Source: Patellaria atrata CBS 101060
Lineage: Eukaryota
Reading direction: 5' to 3'
Length of the DNA: 48,349 bases
Assembly (NCBI GenBank): GCA_010093705.1
Contig: MU006120.1
Span: 124,001-172,349, forward strand
Shown piece after piece: positions 40,278 through 48,349 of the stretch. Numbering within the stretch: the first letter of the stretch is position 1; each line of letters opens with the position of its first letter. The notes under the pieces were generated by a model, which made no database searches, was not told where the DNA came from, and was given only the letters and a program-made list of their open reading frames with translations. The translations under genes and the position numbers were made by a program.

Positions 40278-41442
40278 CTTGAGAGAATATTAGTGTTGGT
40301 GGAGGAGTGTCGAGGGACTGTAGTGATATTGAGATTTATGAGTGGTGCTCACCTTTGAATGCGAGTGAGTCGATATTATATAAGCAACCCTATCGATAAG
40401 CCTGTAGAACTATTCAACATCACCCCTTTTCTCCAAATCAGAGGAAGATAATTAAATTCTTTCTTAAACAGCGTCTTCTATCTATGCACGATAGTAATCA
40501 AACTACTTTTCTAGAACGTGAATGTAGGAAGAAAGATGTGAAATACTTCCTATCCTATATTACAACCAATCCCCATAAAGTAATAACTGGACTCACCAAC
40601 AAGATGCTTCTGTTTCACACCGTACTTATTGCCTTATAATGGTGCTCTTCGCTCGGTCTTGTATTACTTTTAAGCAGAGTCTCTTAGTCTGCCTCAGTAA
40701 AAAAGTACTCCAACAAGACAAATCCCCAATAAACGCGGTGAGTTTATTTGGGAAAAACTCTGATATTCTTGTTGGAGTTCTTCAGTTGTGCAAAACTTTA
40801 TACATGCACTTTCTGTCCCCTTGCTATAATGGGGAATTGTACGGCGGCGGAATGAGATTAGGGGAGCGGGGAATATAAGAGCGAAGCCGGGGTTGATGAG
40901 AGATAGGTTCGAAGCGAGCCTACGACATTAGGGGGTGGGGGGATAGTGGGACTCTAGAGTTGGTAAGTACCGGTACTGGAGGGTGTACATAGAGCATGTA
41001 TGGAAGGGTCTTTACAGAGATGAAAGAGTAATTGCAGGTATAATGCGGGAGGATCTAAGGCTAACAATATTGGAATAGGCACTTTGGAGTAGAAATTACA
41101 TAAGACAGATACAGTTTACATTTTATCAGTACATATCAATACGGCAAGTCAGCAATATATCACTCAAGTCAGTTGATAGTAGAGACCATCTGAATTCGGC
41201 AGATCCCTTTAAAGAAAAAAAAGAGAAGAAAAAGTAAACGCACAACCCAGAACTTCAAACAACCAATTCGACGGGGAGTTTGGCCTTCGCAGCAGGAAAT
41301 CATCTGCACTTGACCCCCCCCCTGTTCCTTGTTTTTAGATAGCCAGACATACTGCCCGAAAGCCCGCCTAGACACCATCCGAGATAAGGTTCTGTCAAGG
41401 CTCAACCTCAGATGGAAGCTGAAAGGTATATTGCTACATGTA

Positions 41443-41636
41443 CATGAAGCTTAAACTTGAGGAAAGAAAGTAAAAGAGAGTGTCAGAACAGCGCGAGCTG
41501 TTCTATTAAAGTAAAACATGACTAAGCTATCGGATTATCCATGAAGCTTAAACTTAAGGAAAGAAAGTAAAAGAAACTGCCAGAACAGCGTGAGCTGTTC
41601 TATTAAAGTATAGCATGGCTAAGCCGCTGGATCATC
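41443..41636. repeat. Diverged 97-bp tandem duplication, each copy with an 8-bp hairpin
   Basis: CATGAAGCTTAAACTT.AGGAAAGAAAGTAAAAGA... begins at 41443 and 41540; AGAACAGC-GCGA/GTGA-GCTGTTCT in both copies. Confidence 0.9.
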
Positions 41637-41730
41637 CAAGGCACTTATACCTATTGGGTCTAGCCCGTGACAGGTTCTTAATGAATGATCCCCACGAGTG
41701 AAGGAATCTCCGACGAGAATTGAGTTGAGG

Positions 41731-41733
<3 letters not shown>

Positions 41734-41769
<36 letters not shown>
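41734..41769. repeat. (GT)18 microsatellite
   Basis: Read directly from the sequence. Confidence 0.97.
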
Positions 41770-41770
<1 letters not shown>

Positions 41771-42059
41771 GTATTGGTAAAAGAGTGTCTATGAAGATTG
41801 TTAGTATCAAATCGACTGGACCACAATAGGTGAGTGACATACCGAAAAGTCCTGAAAACTGCTCCACCACAAGAAAACCCATATCCTCCTCGCTGCAGCG
41901 CAAATCCGTCCGTATCGTCCAGAGAAATCTACGAAATAATTAGCACTGATATACCTGTACTGAAAGACCGAATAAACTCACCGAAGGTTGAGAATGATCT
42001 CACCACCATGCCCACCGGTAGATCCCTTCGTGTTGAATATCCTACAATGAATTCTGGGG

Positions 42060-42455
42060 ATTGGTTAGTATTAGCGTACATGGAAGAAGACAATGGACAT
42101 ACCGAACATCAGGTGAAACCTGGCCACCACAGCCAACCCAAAATCCTCCTCAATGGAATGCAGTATCGGTCGCCTCGGTCGGATCGGTCGTATCGTATCG
42201 GAACCTAAATGTGACTTGGCAATATCACAAAGATTGGTATCAAAAACGGTGTGAAAAGAAACTAAGAATTGGTTAGTATCAGCGTGCACAAAAAAGCATT
42301 GGTGTACGTACTAAAAACCGGGTGAAACTGGACCAGCACAGATAACCCCCAAATCCTCCCAAAGCGATGCCGTATCGGTCGTATCGGTCGAATTGAACCT
42401 ACCTGTGACTTAGCAGAATCCCAAAAAGTTGGTATCCAAAAGCCGTACACCAAAA
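42060..42455. repeat. Diverged ~208-bp tandem duplication (exon+intron units on the minus strand)
   Basis: ATTGGTTAGTAT.AGCGT at 42060 and 42268; both copies share GGTGAAAC, AAATCCTCC, GTATCGGTCG, TGTGACTT and TTGGTATC blocks. Confidence 0.85.
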
Positions 42456-42813
42456 ATAAAACCCAAAGCTGTACACCAATAATAAAACCAAAGCCCGTAC
42501 ACCAAAACAAAATCCAAAATCAAAACCCGAAAACAAAACAAAAGAACAAAAAAGCAAGAAATGTACAAGTATAGATGGGGGAGTGGGCCATCTGAACAAA
42601 ACATATATACAGCACAATAAGACGATCCCTCCGCCGGCCGGTGTGGTTTTTCGGTAATCCGTTTTTTGGCGATTGTTTTCTGTTTCAAAGTTTTTTTGGT
42701 GCACCGGAGCGCATTTTCTGGGGGTTATGTAAGCCAAGAAGATGGGGTTTATACTTAACGTAGTGCTCTCTCTCTCTAAAGGGGTAGCGGAAGGTTAGAA
42801 GGGGTTCGGTGCA

Positions 42814-42873
42814 TGGAGGTGGCTATGCCCAAGTATGCTGGAGGTGGCTATGCCCAAGTATGCTGGAGGTGGC
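42814..42873. repeat. 25-bp tandem repeat, 2.4 copies
   Basis: TGGAGGTGGCTATGCCCAAGTATGC twice, followed by TGGAGGTGGC. Confidence 0.95.
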
Positions 42874-43619
42874 CAGTACCAGTCATCTGGAGGAGGCTAG
42901 AAGAACCTGTGTACTTCTGAACTCTGCTGCTGCTACTACTGTACCTGTAAAGTTAGTAAATGTTAGTAAATATGGACCTAGTGCTGGCCTGGTAATCGTT
43001 AAAAAGAAAGTCAAGTCCTGGAAGCTCGTGGTGAAGCGAATGGATTCTGGAGCCATGATGGATGCCGGCCGAGAATGTTGAGCACACCACTAAGGATTGA
43101 AGAGGTGAGGTCGTCGCCCAAGGAAAGATCGGAAATATTCTGTTCTGGGTCTGGCGTCGCTGCCCGTTAAGATGAAGGAGTGAAGATATAAGAAAGAGTA
43201 GCGTTTACGATTCGTGATCCGCTAGTAAAAAGAGAAGACAAAGTCGAAGCAATGAATGAAGGTTCTGGTGCGTTCTCGCGGATGATTTCACGAAGTGGGC
43301 CAGGTGAAACACTGTCAATGATAGTGGTCTTACCAGAAGAGAAATCAACCGGCGTAGGTTCAAAGACCTTTGTACGGAATTTTACTTTTTCGTCGCTTGA
43401 AATGAGAGTAGTAAAGCCCGAAGACTCATCAGTAACAAAAGCGAATGGTACTTCCTCGGCACTTGAAAGAATGGTTGTGAAACCGGAAGAAGAAGAAGAA
43501 GAAGAAGAAGAAGAGAGCGAAGGTTCTTTTGAATGAGTGGAAGTAGCAGTAGGCAAGTCGAAAGAGAATGAAGAGCTGGATGAATGAGTGGAGGTACGGC
43601 GGCGTACAGTTGGAGTAAC
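42860..43619 (-). pseudogene. Disrupted Ser/Thr-rich gene fragment, cut by the copia LTR and carrying TAA/TAG stops
   Basis: Frame is open from the LTR junction (43619) to TAA at 43169-43167 and continues in frame to TGA at 43013-43011; SSG[FK]TT motif occurs three times; CAG TAG TAG CAG CAG CAG at 42941-42924. Confidence 0.5.
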
Positions 43620-43828
43620 TGTCAGACTGAAGAAGTTAGTAGTAACGGATAATCAAGTATATTTCCTACTGCCTTACGCTAGCTATTAGCACCATTCCTT
43701 TGACACAGCTGCCTAGTAGGTATCAACGCTGTTGCCTGCATGTTCTCATGTATTTAAACGCTCGTTAGAACAGTCATTAAACAATCAAGCGATATCCCCC
43801 CATCGATTTGTGCATCACAAATCTGACA
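43620..43828 (+). repeat. 5' LTR (209 bp)
   Basis: TGTCAGA...TCTGACA terminal inverted repeats, immediately followed by a PBS; candidate TSD GTAAC at 43615-43619. Confidence 0.88.
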
Positions 43829-43839
43829 GTTATGAGCCC
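43829..43839 (+). promoter_or_regulatory. Primer-binding site GTTATGAGCCC (copia type, matching an internal initiator tRNA-Met fragment)
   Basis: Abuts the LTR terminal CA; resembles the GGTTATG(A/G)GCCC PBS of copia/Ty5-type elements. Confidence 0.8.
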
Positions 43840-43987
43840 GGTTTGCCCTAGGTTCTAAAATCAGTTTATATCGGATATTTGTCTATCTTTTAGATCTTTG
43901 GTGTATCAAGTTCACCTTCTTTTGATCCTATCTTTGCTCAAATATCCTCCCTTTTTATCTGGTTTTCTGATACCAACCGCTACCACA

Positions 43988-46900
43988 ATGTCGTCTTCAA
44001 ATACTATCAAATCTACTGTTGTTCTCAACTCCTCGACGGATTGGAACTTGTGGATTGGCCTTATAAGGGGCAAAGCAGGCACGGCCTGGAAGTATTGTGA
44101 TCCAAATGATGCTTCACCCCCTGTTTTAAGCGCACCAGATCAACTGACAGATAAGGACCCTGCTGCTGTCGAAAATCATAGAATTCTGTATAGAGAATTC
44201 GAAAAGGCTCAGACCAAGTTAGATAACGTATCTGACTTTGTGTTCGAATCTGTGTCAACTCAACATCTTGTTTTTATCATCAGGCTGAATACCCTTCACG
44301 AAAGGCTTGTTGAATTAAAGAAGAGACTTCAACCAGACGATCGAGCCACCTATTTGGATCTTCAGGCCCGGATCTACCGTCTGAGATCAACTATCAAAAA
44401 GAGCTCAGTTCTTGACTGGCTCCAACGTTTTGAAACCGTCTATACTGAGTGCAAAACGTCCAACCATCCCCTCTATCAGGGCCATATGCTCGAGTTCGAA
44501 CTACTTGAAGGCCTCAAAAAGATAGATCCACAATGGGCAACTTCCTGTCAGAAAGATCTTAACAGACAGATTAGATCCATACCAAAACTGACCTCTCAAC
44601 CTATTACTCAGGAAGTTACACCAACCAGAGACACCGTGAAATATGTCGACGACGTCTATGACCTTATCTCAGAATTCACTAGTTATTACCGATCCGTTCA
44701 GGCTGTTGGGGGTAACTCTGGATCAGGCTCATCAAGCACAGCTTTTGCCACCTTTCAGGGAGAATCAAATAACCCAACAGCTAACATTGACAAAAAGGAG
44801 AAATCTAAGAAATCTCACACTGGTGATAAGCGGGATCCACCTACATGCCTTTGCGGAGAAAAACACCTATTCTATACGTGTTCCTACATCAATCCAGCTG
44901 TCAAGAAGACTAATAGCTACTCTGATCAGACTCAACGAGAGGTCGAAGAGAAGTATCAGAAATCTAGCGATAGAGTTAAGTATACTATTGACAATATCCG
45001 GTCAATTTTCAAGGAATCCTCTCAGGGGTCAAAACAGCAAAACGACTCCAAATCCTCTGAAACCTCAAGCAAAAAGGTCAATCTGATGGCCACGAGCCTC
45101 CCTAACGACTTGCCCTTCAAATTCTCAGCTAGTTTCTTGCTAGACGGTGGGTCTGATGTCCACGTTTGCAACAATCCGGACATCTTTAAGATCGAACGAG
45201 TAGAACCAGGTTTAACGCTCGGAATGGGCTTTGGATCCGTTCCAGTTGAAGCCATCGGAAGCTTTGAAGTCCCTGTAGATACACCATACGGAAGGGACTA
45301 TATCACTATGAACGACGCCTATTTATGCCCACAATTCAGAACATCTCTGATCTCACAGTCTCGAGCTCAAAAACGAGGAGTATTCCACCACGCACGGAAA
45401 GGGATCTTTGAGGATTTAGACGGAAACGAAATTTGTAAAATCTACCTGATTGACACCCTATACGTACTCCATCATGTCGAGCTTGACATCAATCAACAGC
45501 GCGTCGCTATGGTAACTCGCTCCGCTCAGCCGAGGCCGCCAATATCAGCCCCTGCTGAGAAATGGCATAAAATGCTCGCACATCCAGGACCTGAGACCCT
45601 CGAACATCTCCAAGCGAACGTGACTGGAGCTGAAGTCTTTGGCAGAGGTCCTACCACAGTCGAATGCGAAACTTGCGCTTTGACTAAATCAACAGAGATT
45701 GTTTCACGAAGACCAAGGGCCACTTTACCCGCAACGAGACCCTTTGAACGAGTTGCTTTTGACCTTATTTACCTTAAAGGTGGTTATAACGGAAGCAAAT
45801 ACGTATCTCACTTCTATGATAGGGCCACTGGCTGGCACGAAGCCGTATCTCACACTCGGAAAAGCCAAGTTAGCCAGATTTGCAAATATTTCGTTGCTCG
45901 TATCAAAGCTCGATTTGACCATACAGTTGTCTATTTTGAACGTGACGGTGAGAGTGCTCTTACAGCAGAATTTTACGACCTACTCGCCTCAGAAGGTGGC
46001 ATATCAGAACCATCAGCCCCTGGCACTCAGGCCCAAAACGGAGGTGCTGAAGCTTCTGGAAGGGTGTTGGTAGTAAAGGCTCGCTCTCTACGAATTGGTG
46101 CTAATTTACCCCACGATATCTGGATTGAACCAATCAATACAGCTGTATATCTAGCTAATAGGACTCCTCAGAAACGGCTCAACTGGAAAACACCGTACGA
46201 AATGGTCACTGGTAGGAAACCAGATCTTAGCCACCTGAAAGTATACGGTTGCAAAGCATATGTTTTGAAGAAAGATATACCCAAACTTCAAAAACTCGAT
46301 CCACGTGCCCATATTGGCTACCTAGTTGGATACGACTCATCAAATATCTTCAGAATCTGGGTTCCTAGTCGTAAACGCGTTTTCTCCTCAAGAGACGTTC
46401 GTTTTGATGAAAACGAGCTATATAGGCCTCAAGCCATCGACATTGGTCACATTTTGAAGGAATCCACTGAAGATATCATCGACATAATCGAGATACCAGC
46501 CAAACTCAGGGCTATGGCCTTGCAGGAAGATTTCCCAGCCATACTAGACAATGACGATGATTTTTCGGAATTAGGGGTTGCCCCTAAGCTTGTTCCTACT
46601 CTTAAGGATACAACCAAAAATGGTCCCATACCATCGGCCAATAGTAGCGCCATATCCGCTCAAAGGTCACCCAATCCTTACCTACCTAGCCCGAGAGCTA
46701 CACCAGATGGTGTTGACCCCCAGCAACAAGTAGCAACTCCTCTGGATCAGTATCATGACTTTTATGATGCCTTAGATTCGGCTCCTGAGGATCCGTCCCA
46801 TCAGCTCACCCAGGAGCTTGCCCAAGATTTAGCAAGGGATACTCAAGATACTCAGGATTTGGCTCAAAACGAGCCCAGCCCCTCCACTTCGTCAAACACC

Positions 46901-48349
46901 ACAGCTCATGCTAGAAGTTCACGAAACACGGCCCCACGAGCTAATTTAATCTCGTCTGACTTTTCAGAATCAAATATACTAACTTCTAAACGTCGCCGTG
47001 GCCGAACGGACCATAACGCGCTATTTACCTCCTTTTTAGCCTCCCAAAAACGTGAAATCCAACCAACGAACCGGCTACATAGAAGTCAGCTTCCCCCAGC
47101 ACCAGGTGGTTGGAAGCAAGCTCTTAATCACCCTTTTAAGCAAGATTGGCTAACAGCAGCCACTCGGGAGTATACTGAACTACAGCGTCGTGGCACGTTT
47201 ACTGTTGAACGGAGATCCGATCTGCTAGAAGGAACTCAGATAGTTCCCCTGACTTGGGTTTGGACATACAAATACGACGAGGAGGGATTTCTAACCAAGT
47301 TCAAAGCGCGACTTTGCGTCAGAGGCGATTTGCAATACACAGATCTGGATACCTATGCTGCTACTCTAGCTATACGTACTATGCGAGCTATACTATCGAT
47401 TGCAGCTGCTTTTGGCCTAATAGCTCACCATTTAGATGCTGTAAACGCCTTTGTAAACAGCCCACTTGACGAAGAGGTATACTGCATCCCACCTAACGGA
47501 TTTACAACCCCTGGATCCGTTCTTCACCTCAAACGAGCCCTATATGGTCTTAAAAGATCTCCTCTACTTTGGTGGAAGACACTATCTAGGTCCCTTGAAG
47601 ATCTGGGTCTATCTGAAGTATCAGGTGTCAATTGCCTGTATACGAATGACTGGCTAACCGTATTTTTCTATGTGGACGATATAGTTTTACTTTGCTCACC
47701 ATACTATTCTGAAGAACTAAAAGAGTTCAAATCCAAACTAATGGCTCAGTATCCGATGAAAGATCTTGGAGATCTTCAGTACTTCCTAGGTATCCGTATC
47801 GTACGTGACCTAGACGCACGTAAGCTATGGCTCTGTCAAGATGCCTATCTTGAGAATATCTTCTCAAAATTCAAACTGATCGAATTCGACGGAAAAGTTC
47901 CACGAACACCGCTTCCATCTGGTGTTTTAGAACGGTCCACAACTCAGGCATCTCCTTCTCAAATTCGCCTTTACCAGCAGTTAGTTGGCTCAATTATTTG
48001 GCCAGCCTCAACAACAAGACCTGACGTAGCTAAAGCAGCTTCAGAACTGTCGAAATACCTCACCAATCCGTCGGAACGACATATCAAAGCGGCAAAACAA
48101 GCTATTTGTTACCTATACCATACTAGATTTTGCTCCATTGGGTATAGCAACGAGCCACAGGATAGCACGATCTTCGTAGTTGCCTCAGATGCATCATTTG
48201 CTGATGATACTATAGATCGCAAAAGTAGTCAGGGCTATCTATTTTCGTTATTTGGTGGACCAATTGATTGGAAAGCTTCAAAGCAAGATACGGTCACCAC
48301 GTCAAGCACGGAAGCTGAACTGCTATCGCTCTCTTTAACAGCTAGAGAG
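43988..48349 (+). CDS. Copia gag-pol polyprotein (>1454 codons, open to the window edge)
   Basis: CLCGEKHLFYTC knuckle, protease FLLDGGSDVH, integrase WHKMLAH..CETC, QNGGAE, NRTP, IGYLVGYD, RT KFKARLCVRGD and YVDD (47669), RNase H SDASFADD..STEAE. The RT and RNase H motifs were checked to be in the frame of the ATG at 43988. Confidence 0.95.
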   Translation, partial: MSSSNTIKSTVVLNSSTDWNLWIGLIRGKAGTAWKYCDPNDASPPVLSAPDQLTDKDPAAVENHRILYREFEKAQTKLDNVSDFVFESVSTQHLVFIIRLNTLHERLVELKKRLQPDDRATYLDLQARIYRLRSTIKKSSVLDWLQRFETVYTECKTSNHPLYQGHMLEFELLEGLKKIDPQWATSCQKDLNRQIRSIPKLTSQPITQEVTPTRDTVKYVDDVYDLISEFTSYYRSVQAVGGNSGSGSSSTAFATFQGESNNPTANIDKKEKSKKSHTGDKRDPPTCLCGEKHLFYTCSYINPAVKKTNSYSDQTQREVEEKYQKSSDRVKYTIDNIRSIFKESSQGSKQQNDSKSSETSSKKVNLMATSLPNDLPFKFSASFLLDGGSDVHVCNNPDIFKIERVEPGLTLGMGFGSVPVEAIGSFEVPVDTPYGRDYITMNDAYLCPQFRTSLISQSRAQKRGVFHHARKGIFEDLDGNEICKIYLIDTLYVLHHVELDINQQRVAMVTRSAQPRPPISAPAEKWHKMLAHPGPETLEHLQANVTGAEVFGRGPTTVECETCALTKSTEIVSRRPRATLPATRPFERVAFDLIYLKGGYNGSKYVSHFYDRATGWHEAVSHTRKSQVSQICKYFVARIKARFDHTVVYFERDGESALTAEFYDLLASEGGISEPSAPGTQAQNGGAEASGRVLVVKARSLRIGANLPHDIWIEPINTAVYLANRTPQKRLNWKTPYEMVTGRKPDLSHLKVYGCKAYVLKKDIPKLQKLDPRAHIGYLVGYDSSNIFRIWVPSRKRVFSSRDVRFDENELYRPQAIDIGHILKESTEDIIDIIEIPAKLRAMALQEDFPAILDNDDDFSELGVAPKLVPTLKDTTKNGPIPSANSSAISAQRSPNPYLPSPRATPDGVDPQQQVATPLDQYHDFYDALDSAPEDPSHQLTQELAQDLARDTQDTQDLAQNEPSPSTSSNTTAHARSSRNTAPRANLISSDFSESNILTSKRRRGRTDHNALFTSFLASQKREIQPTNRLHRSQLPPAPGGWKQALNHPFKQDWLTAATREYTELQRRGTFTVERRSDLLEGTQIVPLTWVWTYKYDEEGFLTKFKARLCVRGDLQYTDLDTYAATLAIRTMRAILSIAAAFGLIAHHLDAVNAFVNSPLDEEVYCIPPNGFTTPGSVLHLKRALYGLKRSPLLWWKTLSRSLEDLGLSEVSGVNCLYTNDWLTVFFYVDDIVLLCSPYYSEELKEFKSKLMAQYPMKDLGDLQYFLGIRIVRDLDARKLWLCQDAYLENIFSKFKLIEFDGKVPRTPLPSGVLERSTTQASPSQIRLYQQLVGSIIWPASTTRPDVAKAASELSKYLTNPSERHIKAAKQAICYLYHTRFCSIGYSNEPQDSTIFVVASDASFADDTIDRKSSQGYLFSLFGGPIDWKASKQDTVTTSSTEAELLSLSLTARE

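Larger units (their letters stand above)
43620..48349 (+). mobile_element. Ty1/copia LTR retrotransposon; 5' part only, truncated by the window end
   Basis: LTR, PBS and a single ORF with domain order gag-PR-IN-RT-RH. Confidence 0.97.

Noticed and set aside
41443..42873. Repeats considered as a CRISPR-like array
   Set aside because: Eukaryotic context; units are diverged tandem duplications without unique spacers, and there are no cas genes.

Overview
Eukaryotic DNA from a filamentous ascomycete: short GT-AG introns with CTRAY branch sites and RIP-like AT-rich relics. Recognisable genes are an amidase (cut by the left edge), MET2, CSN6, a zinc polyol dehydrogenase, a soluble epoxide hydrolase ending in SKL, a pinin-domain protein, RDS3/PHF5A, PEX26, a PARN/CAF1-family nuclease and a NOSIP-like RING protein, plus several orphan ORFs. 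An apparently intact Ty1/copia retrotransposon runs off the right edge. The best candidate for an undescribed system is a minimal fungal RiPP (dikaritin-type) locus at 10.0-13.0 kb. There a five-exon DUF3328/UstYa oxidase with two HxxHC motifs is transcribed divergently from a 103-aa secreted precursor carrying 11 Tyr in YxxY spacing, Pro-rich spacers and a single Kex2 KR site. Other unexplained structure: a GC-rich multi-hairpin element with a cUUCGg loop and oligo(T) tail (3.94-4.14 kb), a tandem array of homologous exon-intron units on the minus strand (41.8-42.4 kb), a 620-codon frame broken only by three TAR stops, and a Cys at the amidase cis-Ser position. All gene models and family calls were made by eye, without database searches.
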